Assembly: GCA_032718475.1 (NCBI GenBank)
Contig: JAUCBJ010001214.1
Location: forward strand, 1 to 64,000
Direction of reading: 5' to 3'
Source of the DNA: Nemertoderma westbladi
Lineage: Eukaryota; Animalia; Xenacoelomorpha
Length of the DNA: 64,000 bases
Made by a program: the position numbers and the translations under genes. A model generated the notes under the pieces. It saw nothing but the letters and a program-made list of their open reading frames with translations. It was not told the DNA's origin and did no database searches. Shown one piece after another: positions 37,020 to 49,720 of this stretch (positions are counted from its first letter, which is position 1; each line of letters opens with the position of its first letter).

Positions 37020-37952
37020 TAACTGCTATTATCTTAGCTTCTCGAAGGCCACACGGAAATTCTACTTGGAAAATTTCTAAACTTTTGCCATACAACATGT
37101 GTACCAAGTTTGGATAGATTTCATCAAAGATTGGCCGAGTTATTAACGTTTAAAATTGAACACGACAGAACGACAGAACGACAGAACGACAGAACGACAG
37201 GTTGATTAATGGTACCACTACGCTAAGGCTCACTCACTTCGTGGCTCGCCCCACAGGTTACAGTTTTATTTTTGAGAGTAATCAGCTGTTATTTGCGTCG
37301 AATTTCCCCTGGAGGGATAAATTTTTATTGCGTCGAAAGTGATGATAAACACACACACACACAGAGACCAGACAAACAATAATTGATATTTATATTTATT
37401 CGATTTTAGATGTACATATGTATAATATTAGATAAAATAATAATACAGTACTGCCTACAGAAATAATCACTTTTAATATTCAGAACAGTAAAATAATAAA
37501 AAAACTAAAATGTTATAAACCTCTCTTTCCACGCAGCCATTATTGATTGAGAAAGCTGAACTAGTCTTGGATAGTTCGCAACAGACAACCCACCCCAATT
37601 AACACTCCAGCCTGGATTGGTACTGTGCTGTGTCCAGCTAGCTACGAGTTCAATAATTACCTAACGTTGCTATGATACAGATAAAAATCTTCCCTATTCA
37701 ATTTCATAGGCAAATTCGACCCTGCGTGTCAAATATGACATATTTATACACTATTTGATTTTCAATTTTCATTTGATTTGGCATTCACGCAAGCAAACGC
37801 GTAAAATAAGCCTCGAGATAGCGATAGTTTACTTGCTCAGGACGAGAGCTTTCGATCGATGTATCATTTGTTCACATTGGTGCTCGTGTGTCGGAGCGTA
37901 TAGCTTGGACAGACTCACAGACAGACAATGCATATTTATATATATTAGACTA
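37020..37952 (+). mobile_element. Cluster of putative non-autonomous Helitron-like fragments
   Basis: (ACGACAGA)n and GACA/CA microsatellites, a tgtaccaagttt motif, and a 3' ...acagacagac...tttatatatattagactag end. Confidence 0.4.
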
Positions 37953-38549
37953 GAAAGCTTTCTAGTTCACAAGCTTCTATACAGTCAATCAATCAATGGG
38001 CAATATCAACCATAAATAAATTAATTAATTAACTTAACAAAACTTTACATAAGACTAACAGACTGATCCCGTTTTAGTTGCAGCTACATACAATATTAAA
38101 CATAAGGCTTTATGTTGTAGTAAATACCTACCAAGTAACACCTCCAATGGATTACAAATAATAAAATGGGAAAAGGTTTTACCTGTGTGTGATATTTTCC
38201 CCTCAGTGGAAAACTGCATAACTGCAGAGTAGTGGTTAGCGTCCTCGCAAACATAACCTAACCTACCTAATCCAATTATACCATTCAGTATGTAGACACA
38301 TGACCACTCCTGGGATTTCCCTATCAACTTCTCCCAACCTTATAACCCAACCTGCAACCCTATATTTGTACTTTAGATTGACAGCTTATAACTACAGTAA
38401 CTCGGTGTACTTTCCCTATCACAATTACCTTACGTTATACAGTACATACATACACGTTAACCTTTCTGGGATTCACCTATCAGGTATTCCCCTTTACAAC
38501 TTATATATATATATATAGACCCCCACCTTTTCCTGTTAGTTGCCAGTAC

Positions 38550-38590
38550 ATAGTCTGATGCAGACCGGTAGGTAGAAAACGTTTACTATT
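38550..38590 (+). ncRNA. Degenerate hammerhead-like motif, possibly a Penelope-like element pLTR remnant
   Basis: ATAGT-CTGATGCA-GACC ggta GGTA-GAAAACGTTT-ACTAT. The core has mismatches. Confidence 0.45.
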
Positions 38591-38835
38591 GTATCTTTAT
38601 CTAATATAATATAACCAGCTAAAGACCCTCAATACTTTATTATTTTTTCTATCATCTTTGAGATTACTACTTAACCAACCCAGCCTGCCTGCAGGCCACC
38701 TCAAGATATGATGGGTCTGCAAGTAGCTAGTTGCCTTGCTAACTAACTCTCAGCTTTGCCAGGCCTGTACTGCCAAAAGGAATATTCGAATCACTTTGAG
38801 ATTATGTCACACAACATGTTGCAGCGAATACAAAA

Positions 38836-40025
38836 TGTTCGCGCTTTTAGACCTTTAGCAGTTTAACCTGCCAAATTTAGTATTAATTTAGTTTTAAAAT
38901 TTAGTAATAACAAGTATTTGATACACATAAAGCTACATTAGCCGAAGCCAGCCTATGCGCGATCATTCACCCACGGTTAAGGGAGACTGGATTCGGATGC
39001 TCTGACCTTATTGCGGTGTAGGCCTACTGTACTATTCGATTGATCGTTAATATATAATCTCTGACAAATATTATTCACTTTCGGGAAATATTAACAGTTC
39101 CTTTAGGACGTGGCGCTCTAAGTATGTAAACAGAGTTATGACTTACACTAAACACAACGAGATGGCTAATGATTTACGTATAAAGCGCATTCTTTAGGAA
39201 ATGCTTTGTTATCTATCACACTCATGCACACTACCGCACACTGCTGCACACTGATCTGCCGACCTTCACCAATTTTAATCATATATAAGGAGAACAGCAA
39301 CTGACACATGTAGGGCCTATGAAATAGCATTCAATTCACTCCAAAACCACTATAATGTAAGTCGCAATTGCTATATGTAACCGGTCTCTCTAACCTTCAG
39401 TATATCAAGAAGATTGGGGTTTTCTGATTATTTATCGATATTCTCCAAATATAACAATATTCCATCAACTGATAACAATTAATAACAGACAGTAAATAGC
39501 AGTAAATAGCAGTAAAATAATGCGGTGAAAGGTACATATAGCATTTGAGTCTGACCAGTTCGGTTTGTGATGCTGGTTTGATAACAGTTATACGTTTCTA
39601 TGATCAAAGCCGTTCTAATGTTTGGCTAAAGTCTGAAACACAGAATAATTCCACAGCCGATGTTCTGGGCTCAGGAAAAAAGGTAAACAAAGACCATAAT
39701 GCATTGCGCGATTTCCCAGAGGCTTCTGTACAAATAAAATGAAAATCGCTCTGATTGGTCGAGCCGAACAAAGAACAAAGAAAAGCTCTATGTGGACATA
39801 TCAGCTGATAGATGTCGTCATCTGAACTACACGGTATCAAGAGTATTTTGGCATATTGCGGCATAAAATCGCTAGTTATATCCGCTAAAGTACACATACA
39901 GAAAAATGGCTTTTTATGTCCACTAAAACACCTACACAGTAAGAAAACAGCTTTTTATGTCCACTAAAACACCTACAGAGTACTTGCGGGAAAAATGACT
40001 AGCTAGATCCGCAAAAGCCTTTACA
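38836..40025 (-). repeat. 3' LTR of copy A (~1.19 kb)
   Basis: Minus strand TGTAAAGG...CGCGAACA, preceded by the purine tract ctgggagtgg. Homologous to 53439-54619; homology stops exactly at 38836. Confidence 0.8.
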
Positions 40026-40095
40026 CCACTCCCAGAAAATGGGATTTAATTCTATAAAATATAAAAAATCACAGTAGTCTAAACAGTCTAAACAG

Positions 40096-43000
40096 TTAGT
40101 CTTTCTTGCGAGGACGGCGTTTACGCAGTTTTTTAAGGCTAGCAAGAGTCCTTTTCTCTTTGGGGCGAGCCACTTTACTAGGAGGGCTATAACTCCTGGG
40201 TGAAGGGTGCAATACAATTGCATCGGAAGGTTTGGGATTACGGTCGGTGTATCCGCCGTTCGAGGTACCTGGTTGATCGATATCAACCTCAGTGGAGCGA
40301 GATCTAACGGCCTTTAGAGCGCGTTTTAGGACAGCAGCTCCTACTGGTCCCTGACGAGTCGTCTGAACGATAGCGGTAGGTGGACCGTGAATAGTGAGAA
40401 ACTTCCTCGGTTTAATGGTTCTTTCCAACTCGCGTTCTCGGGCTCGATATTCGTATGGCCGTCGATGTACTTCCTGTAACTCTGGATGCGAGTTGATGAA
40501 CAAATCGCCATACTCCGGGTCTTGACGGATGAAATTAATTAAATTGTATGAATTAATATCGTTAGGATTGATGTTCCTGAGATATTTACGAACAAATTTG
40601 GTGGAAATACACTCACCAACACGCTTCATTAGTTCGTAACTCGGTGTGCGTGATTTTTGTTCAACAGACGCGAATAGATAAGGATGGAACGCATAAACTC
40701 CTTCGTAGGCGCGTCCAGGGTAATAGCGATGGCGTGACTCACAGTGTAAATCCGCATTCGCTTCCCAAGCTCGGATGTAGCGCAGGGTAATCATTTCATC
40801 TACGCTTTCCAGATCGCGGTTAAAAGGGCAATCAAAACTGGCATGTCCTTTAAGTTGACAATGATGGCATTGAGTCATAAATTGGGGGCAGACTGCGAAA
40901 ATGTGCAAGTTGTTGAGTCTGCAATACGCACAATAGATCTCCATCGCCGGTTGTTCGTGGAAATAGGAACAGGGTACGTCTCAGTCCATGGAGGTGAGAT
41001 GATCTCTCGATGCGCATAATCGGCAACGTTTTCGAGAAACATAGTTGGCATGCCGATAATCGTATGCGGTGAGACATTGTGGACCTTGATACCATTCTAA
41101 GACGTAGTCGTTGTCGCTGCTCCGGGGCGCTGTAGGTTGAATCTCCTCAGATTCTAAGCATATTGGTTCGTCTTCCAATTGCATAGCTGAGGTAGGTGCA
41201 GCCGTCTCCTCAAGCGAACCCACTGTCTGAACTTCCACGATAGAATAACCCGTGGGTATTCGAGGTCTTTGTATAACAGAGGAATGTAGGTTCTGTATAC
41301 AAACGTCCTTGAAAATGGTGAATCCAGCGCTGTCTAACTTCTCAGCAGCTGAGTCTCTTAGGCTGAGCTTAGTCAGAGCGCGGTCCTTGAACTGACTATC
41401 AACGTTACGGAACGGAGTCAGAAAGCACCTGAAACATTCGAAGCGGATGAATTTATTGTGTTCATCTAGCTTGGCGAGTTTGGTTCCAAGTATTAAGGGA
41501 TAGGCGCGTATAGTACGACTGCACACATCGGCTAGCCAACCGGCAAGTGTGGCGTTTTCAAAGATCGTGTATATAGCTAAGGAGGGACGAAGTGGAACAC
41601 TCATAAAGCTATACACGACGCCAGGTGCGGTCAATGGTCCGTCAAAGTATAATCGAGAATAATGATCTCCATATACTTGTTGGTAGTTGATAGGATTTCC
41701 AACCTTGAAATTCCATCCGTATTCTTGAAAGGCAAGATGTCCGATGGAGGTTCGTTGTACTTTAGTAATGCCGCTGGGTATATTGGCATACATAGTGCGG
41801 AAGAAACCTCGGCCTTCTGCCCAGGGAGCAATCAGCTGAGTATCTACGAAAGGATATGGGATATTCTCCATGTTCCTAAAGTCGTTTTGGAGATCTCCAT
41901 AAACAGCTGAGCCGATTTTAAGGATTCTTTCGTTAAACAACATCTCGAGCACGGGCTGGGGTAACATCGATCCATCGATACCCATGGCCCGTTTTCGCTT
42001 GGTGTCAGTGACGTAACGCTGCGCGAGTTCGAATTGTCCATGTCGGAGTTTCTTTTGTATCTCGGTGAGGGTCTCAAAAGAATAATCAATCACATCGGAA
42101 CATGCTCGAGTAAATACGTGGGTAGAACCAGCTAGTCCTCGTATATGTATCATGCGCGTAGTTCCCAGTTCTCCAACCGGAATGCTACCTTCGTTATCGT
42201 AAGTGACAACTCCATACATCTCTATAACGTTAAGAGTTTCATTCCACTCTTTAGTGGCGTTTTCTAGGGTCATTCCCACTGGATGCCACAAGGTGGCGCA
42301 TTCGCTAGCGTTAGGTAGATCTCTATACTTCAAATATTGTGTAGTATATGTTTCTACATCTCCATATCGTTGTATTCTCTCCTCCTCGAATAACACGTTG
42401 AGATTCCAGTGGACTAATCGAGTTTTGATAAATCCATCGAGATTATACGGAGGTATTATATCCTTCTCTATTCTGGAAACATTATCGGGTTTTCGGAATG
42501 AGTTTACTTTCACTAACTGATCCAGATGTTTCTGCAGTTGTTCGAGTTCGACAAGATCGAGAGGATTTATTAGTGGTAGAAACCTTAGACTATGTGTAGG
42601 ATCTTCCGGTTTTACCATGTAATATTGAGTTAGATTGACATAATAAGGGTGATCTTTAATCCCATAAAACGAGTTCGGTAAAGGTCTAGCGCGTATGTTG
42701 ACCTCGTGTACCATACGACGGACAAGATCCGCTCTATTGTCCGGAGGTTCAACGAGTATACCGTCGACACGAGCGGCCTTGATTGGCAGACGTTGCAACA
42801 TAGGAGCGTCAGCGATAAGATCCCGAGATCTTAGGTTGATATCAACCGGTTGAGGTTGTGCCGTGGCGAAGAGTTTGTCTCCGAAATGGGGAACCATTGA
42901 AGGATGAATGATGGTTTTAGAATAGAGATCCGTCATAAGGATTTGAGATTCTGGCTGGGCTAAAGCTGCTTCTTCTCTCTCATCCATTTCTATGTGTTTC

Positions 43001-44321
43001 TCCTCGAGCTGATTTTCCTCCGCTTGTTGTTGTAAACGATTGTCTAGGAACTCTTGCAGAGAATAGGTTCGTCCACGTTCGATGTCTTCCTCGAGGTTCT
43101 GGATTTCTCGATCGAACTGGGGTAAAGCTAATTATTTCACCGTTTGGACTTGTTGCTGCAATTTGCGTTTCTCTAAACAATCGTAAGTTCCTTTTCCGAT
43201 CTTCTGCCGAATAGCATCTAACGCGTCTCGTACAACGCTCTCCTCGACTTCGGTGACGGGTTGTATCGGGGTTAAACCGGGACGATTGTATGGGTTGAAC
43301 GGCGATATTAGATGCCTGCGTCCCAATCCGGCTAGGTAGGAAGGGCGGATATCTAGCGAGCCCACTACCGGAGTGCCACCGATTAACTGTTCAGGTAACA
43401 CAAGATCTTTAAATAGTGAGTACAGTTCAGGGGGATCCGTTATACTATTAGGATCAAGCGTTTGAGGTCTCACTAAGGAATGACGAGGTCTGATTGAGTA
43501 TTCCGGAACTCTGATCATGGGTTTATTTAAGGATCGTTTGAGTCGAGCGAGCATAGGTGATACGTCGAACAGGTTTCACTCGAAACGTGTAAAACTGTGT
43601 TTAGCGCAACGTCTCCGCGGATGTTTATGTCTTTCCATTTGCTGATTGGGTCTAGGGCATTCATCGCAGTAATACCAAAGACGCACGTCCTGCAGGGGAA
43701 ACGCGGGTGATCGTTCTCCAGTTTTACAATATTCCTCCATCTGTTCGAAGCTATCTGGGACGACAGGTAGCGGTCGATCGGCGGTAAGATACATCATAGT
43801 GAAATAGAGCCGTTTGAGTTCTATCATAGGGTCATGATGTATACCTTGAGGATATCGAGTTTCTAGATTTTGTTGACTGGCAATATTGAGATATGTTTCT
43901 CTCAAGAATTCCAGATAATCGTTGAAGTCGCTGCGTTTATCCGGCTCTTCAACGTCTTCTCTTTCGAGTCGGTTCCGAATAGAATTCTCGGTTTATCGTT
44001 CCGACTCCGCTGGGTATGATATTTAAATAAAACCAATTCCCTTTCGGTGTCTATATCGTCCGTATCGTGTAAATCGATAGGATGGCCAGTAGTTAAGAAG
44101 TCCATATACGTACCATTACGATGCGTATAGCGAGCGGTGAATTTTCTATAGTCCAATTCACGCGTAAGTTGCTCCTGGGACATCGGCGGTTCGATATAAC
44201 GACCATCGTCCTCCGTAGTAGTTGGACTAGCGTCGCCGCGTATTAAGCTATCAACAAACGCTTGTAAAGGTAGAGTATATCGCTCCCTGATACCAAGATC
44301 ATCTTCTATCAACTCAGTCAT
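40096..44321 (-). pseudogene. Frameshifted copy of the accessory exonuclease-fold/zinc-knuckle ORF
   Basis: Five consecutive ORF pieces (43902-44321, 43576-43905, 43132-43554, 40981-42987, 40096-40944) align colinearly to the 1417-aa ORF. Confidence 0.92.
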
Positions 44322-44364
44322 AGCTGCTATATGAGTTTATCAATATTATAATGAGTTTATAATT

Positions 44365-44512
44365 AGGCTAGCGGGCGTCGCTGCCTACCCCTCTCGGCCC
44401 CCGGACAGTGCAAGATCCTCAGCGCCGATGTACCGTCGTCGCTGTGTTTTTCGCCAACGTAGTAGCTACACAACGACAACGATAACTGGCACAAGTCACT
44501 CCACTGTCCGTC
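44365..44512 (-). promoter_or_regulatory. Putative structured RNA leader upstream of the accessory ORF (copy A)
   Basis: GC-rich nested stems cggacagtg/cactgtccg and cgtcgtcg/cgacaacg, plus the hairpin taggc..agcg/cgct.gccta, conserved in copy B. Confidence 0.5.
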
Positions 44513-46025
44513 CCAAAGGCTTAGGTTTACTTCAGGTTCTTACTGCAGAGTTAGGGCTACTTTCACAATTGCGACTCGCTACTGTAAACACACTTTAGTA
44601 GTAACATTCACCTATAAACGCACAAATTCCACACAACTGTCACAAATTGTACACATTCGGGCCATTTGTCCGTTAGTCAAGTGCCTTCCAGAATGCCACG
44701 TTATTATTATGTATCCTTGGATACTAGCAGTGTGCTATTTATTCCTTATGCTATTCAATGGGGCAAGCTTTCTATTGTTCTTTTAACTAGCTTCTAATTC
44801 TAGCGTGGTTGTTGCTATGGTGACATTATGGAAAGCTAGCGGTAGAATTAGGGTAATTCCCATGCATACAGATCTGGGATGCTATTTAATAGTAATTCTT
44901 TAATTGTCAATATCCCCTTTATACATGATTTTATGAATTTTATCGGCTATTGACTATATATTGGAGATTCTCGCACACTAATATACTTAATAGGGTGAAT
45001 CTCCGCTCCCATGATCTATTAATTAATGGATTTTTGGGAATGTTATAAATTGTATAAAAATGACAATTTATCAAATTCATTAAAAAATATGAATTTAAAT
45101 TTATTCCCGTAAATTTTATTATTTAACATTAAATAGACACAATTTTATTCCAGAACATGTCTGGGGACTAGGATCCTGAATTCTAGGAAATTTGTCCTTT
45201 TAAGAGTATCGGTAAGTGCTACGATATCTTAATCGACTAGAATTTTAAAGGATCTAAATTTTAACCGATTTTGATTTATAGATTTTCTAGAGTTTAACTT
45301 GTAAGTATTTACTCTATTGTATTTGTTTGACAGATTTTATAAATATTAATAGTTAATATTTAAGATGGGCACCGGTTTATTCCAGAACTTGTCTGGGGAC
45401 GTTAACCACTGATTCTAGAAATTTGTCTTTCAAGTATATCGGTGGGTGCTGCGATATCTTAATCGACTAGAATTACAGATGGTCAAAGGGTTTAACAGAT
45501 TTATTTTGAGTTTTATGCTACTGTTAAAGGGACATCACGCTACTATATGTATTATTTAATATACGGTATGAGAGCAATATCGCAAGAAGCAATGTCAGTG
45601 AGAAGAGGCAAGTCGTTTCCAAGGTCTACCCAGAGCTTGGTTTAGCCGAGACACGAGGATCTGAATTTTGCATTCCTAATACTCTACTTACCAATAATAC
45701 TTGAATATAGTAGGAGCTTTATTGTACTTTAATAAGTACGGACATTTCATCTTACTGTAGTCACGTATTTATAATGTACTACGGACAGTAAGGAAAGAGA
45801 AAAAAGAATTATTTCTCGCCGTCGCACTAAATATATAATATATAAGTAATTAAGTAATAAGACTAATATATATTGCACTAATCTACTAAATAATCACTAA
45901 AATAACATTCTACTAAATAAAATTAAAGAAAACGATTATAATAAAATTACATAATAATACATACATAAATATAAAATAATAAAAATATATGAAATAATAT
46001 AGTCACACACCCACTCCAGACGCTG

Positions 46026-49000
46026 TTACGTTGGGGAGTCCCTAGATGTTTGTTGGATTAGGGAGGTGGTTGTGGGAAGAGTATCTTGCCTTCCATAGTT
46101 TCCGGAGAGTTCTCTGTCTCTTTCCAGTAAACATAAACGACCAACTGGGCGATTGAGCTGCTGCGTCTCGAAGACAATTCCCGGTTTCTTAAAGTTACGT
46201 CGCATGACGACGAGTTCTACCGATCGCACCAAACCATCATCCGAGATATGAGTCTCGATGATACGACCTGTCTGCCACCGCTTACGTGGAAGATCTGAAT
46301 CCACAATAAGGACCATGTCTCCGGCGCTGACGTTTTCTTGCTGCGCAAACCACTTAGTTCGAAGTTGTAGAGTAGGCAGATAATGTTTTTCGAAATGGTC
46401 AGCGAAACGACGGGATAACAACTGCATAAGTTGCCAAGTTTGCCGGCAGTATTCGTCTCCGTCCGTGATTTCCGATCGTGGGAGCATGGCTACAGGTTTC
46501 TTCAGTAGGAAGTGCGCGGGTGTTAGCGCTTCCAGGGAATCGGGACTCGATGAGACTGGCATAAGCGGTCTCTCGTTGAGATAGGCGGCGATTTCCTCCA
46601 TTAACGTCCGCAAAAGTTCGTCGGTGAGATACGCGCGGCACGGCACTATAAAGTGAAATGCGGTCTTCACGCTTCTGATTAATCTCTCCCAACTTCCTCC
46701 CCACCAAGGGGCGTCGGCGGCGTTGAAGGTCCAGCTAGACGCTGTTACCCTTAGCTGATCGTCCACCTGTCTTTGGTTCCAATCTTTGACGTAAGCCTTG
46801 ATTTCATTGTTGGCACCAATGAAGTTCGTTCCCTTATCAGATCTCATCGTGTTGCTAGTTCCAAAGCGAGCGATCTGTCGGCGTAAGCTCAATATGAAGC
46901 TATTGGTAGATAAATCGTTCACCATATCGAGATGGATAGCTCTACAAGTCATACAGACAAAGATGACACACCATCTCTTGACTATAGTCCTAGCACGATA
47001 TACTTCAATAGGGCCAAATAAATCCACACCGGTATTAGTAAAGGGTGGTTCATAGAAGCTTACTCGTTCCCTAGGTAATTCTGCCTCTCGCTGTGTTAAA
47101 GGCCTACTGAATGCTTTCCTACAGGGTATGCAGTTCCTAAGAACTTGGTTCAGAGCTCTACGGGGTTTATAAAAATAATAGTGAGTTCGAATTTCGCTAA
47201 GAACTCGTTCTCTACCAGCATGATAAAGCTTACTGTGAACATCTACAATCATCTTGATTTGTATCTCAAGATTTCTAATGAGTATGGGAAACTTAGTGTC
47301 AAAGGATAATGGAGCATTAGTTAGTCGTCCTCCAACGCGTATTAACCCATCTATCATTGTGCTAGAGAAACGATCCCTTAAGCGCATCTGTGGATTTCTC
47401 AACAACAGGAAATACTTATCGGAATCCTCATAGCATTGCAGGAGTCTCAGTATCTGCTTATTGGTTTCTTCATGCTCCTGGTAACCGATCTTCTCCTTCA
47501 GGAATCTGTCTGATATCTTGTATTTGGGAAGATCTTTAACAACATGGACCTGCGCAGATGTCCGTGGAGCGGTATCACTAGTGGTCTTCGTCCTGGAGTA
47601 GTGATGATGAAAACATCGCTTTAAGTATGTAACGGCCTTACAGCGCCGATTCCAGGAACTATAGTGATGTATCGCTCTCTGCAGGAGGGGTGAGAGTCCT
47701 TGCGAGACGTCTGGTATTCCAGATTTCCAATCTCTCTCTCTGATTTCCACAACAGACTTATTTGTGGCTGTGGGTTTCGGATCCAAAGCGTCGTCTCCGG
47801 AAGTGTGTAGTACAGACAGCTCTATCGCGGGTTTAAATAACTTCGATTTACTCGCCCGGGTTTTAGGTTTGACTTTCTCCGCTCCCTTGGCTTGTCTAAT
47901 CTCCGCCGTAGTAAGATGAGGAGGCCATTCATCCTCTTCGTTGCTTAGGAAGTCGGGTCCACCTAACCAGTCTGGAGTATCTATCAGTTCTTGTGGAGTT
48001 GCTCCCCTGGAGGCGATGTCGGCTGGATTAATCGTCCCAGGGCAATGTCTCCATTGATCTATCTTCGTGCGACTAAGTATAATGGCTACTCTGTTGGTAA
48101 CAAAGACGCTGAACTGACAGACTTCATTGGTTATATACTCCAACACGAGTAAAGCATCGGTCCAATAGACAGTTTTCTCCAGGGGATAGTCGATCTGTTC
48201 TGTTACATTCCGGCCGATGGCTGTAGCGTATAGAGCCGCTTTTAACTCCGCTCGAGGAACTTTCAACTTGTTGTTTATCAAGGCCTTAGAGGTAACCAAG
48301 GCGACCTTAATTCCATCCGGAGTTTCAACTCTCAGGTAGGCTACTATACCTATTCCCATGTCGCTGGCGTCTCCAAACACATGGAGTTGATAGGCGTACG
48401 TGGGGAGAACATGACCAAAATATGAACGGGAAATTATAAAGTTCTCGATGGATGGTAGAGAATCTTCCCATTTCATCCACTTCTTTAATAGTTCTCCCTT
48501 AAGTGGATAGTCCCATGAGTGGTTTTCAAGCCACATTTGTTGTACTAAACTCCGAGCAATCAATATAACTGGGCTAATAAATCCCAATGGGTCGAAATAA
48601 GTGCTCAGGATACTTAAACAAATCCGTTTAGTCCGAACTGGATTATCTCGCTGTTTTAGCTGGAAAAACAGGATATCTCTCTCTGTGTCCCATTTCAAAC
48701 CAAGCGTCTTGGTTTCTGGAAGATCGTCCTTGATTAGGTCTAGATCTTTAACTCCTCAGTCTTTTACCGGGATTGATTCCAGAAACTCACGGGAGTTGCT
48801 GGTGAATTTAGTTAATCGAAATCCACCTCTTTTCAAGCACTCTACCGTTCCTTTGGCGACATCAATGGCTTCTTCCACTGATGGGAGGGACTTTAAATTG
48901 TCGTCCATATATATATCCCGTTTGATGTTGTCGATAACCTCTTTAGAGAAGGCGTCCCGGTTGTCATCAGCAGTGGTGCGCACTACTGAGCAAGCGTTTG

Positions 49001-49720
49001 AAGGGCTCGAGATGATCCCAAAAGCCTGGATGGTCATCCAGTACTCCACCGGTTTCTGGTTGAGGTCTCCTTCAGGCCACCACAGAAATCGTAGGCTGTC
49101 TCGATCTCTATCCAGCGCCTTAACTTGTGAGAACATGCCTTCTATATCGGAGGCGAAAGCGATTGAATATTGTCGTAATCTTAAGAGTATTCCCAACAAG
49201 GATTGTAGTAAGTTGGGTCCTGGCAACAACTCGGAGTTAAGGGATTGGCCCATGTAGAGGGCGGAGCCGTCAAATACTACCCGGACTTCATTGGGTTTAC
49301 CGGGTTTGGGAACGTAATGATGTGTTAAATAGTACGTTCTCTCAGTTATGGGTGTTCCTTCCGGTACTCGATCCGCATATCCCTTGTCAATGAATTTCTT
49401 CAGCTGGGTCTTGAACATCTCCTTAGCTGAAGCATTTGCCGTAAGGCGTCGATGTAGTTGCGCAATTCTCTTCTCCGCCAAGGGTCGGTTGTTTATAAAA
49501 TTGGGTTCTCGCCGTCGGAAAGGCAGACCAATCTCATATCTACCTTGATCTTTAAGAAAACGTGTAGTTGTTTCCTGTATCTGCTTGGCTCTTTCTTCTT
49601 CTACCGATAGGGCCTTATCGTAGGAATTAGGCTCTACAGCCTCTTGAGTAAAGAATCGTACGGCGTGTTCATCACGAGTCTTCGCGTTGTAGCGATCTAT
49701 CACTTCATTCAGTTCGTCGC
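46026..49720 (-). pseudogene. Bel/Pao pol: RT, RNase H, integrase; one in-frame TGA at 48756-48758
   Basis: RT VRVVFDGS, GPNLL, SDIEGMFSQV, IYMDD. RNase H LHVFGDAS, PRAELKAA, WTDA. Integrase HHCC, GVDLFGP, SDKGTNF, WERLIRSVK. Confidence 0.93.

Larger units (their letters stand above)
38836..49720 (-). mobile_element. Bel/Pao LTR retrotransposon copy A (pol, accessory ORF, 3' LTR; 5' half missing)
   Basis: Bel/Pao pol motifs, PPT and LTR. Colinear with copy B. Confidence 0.92.
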
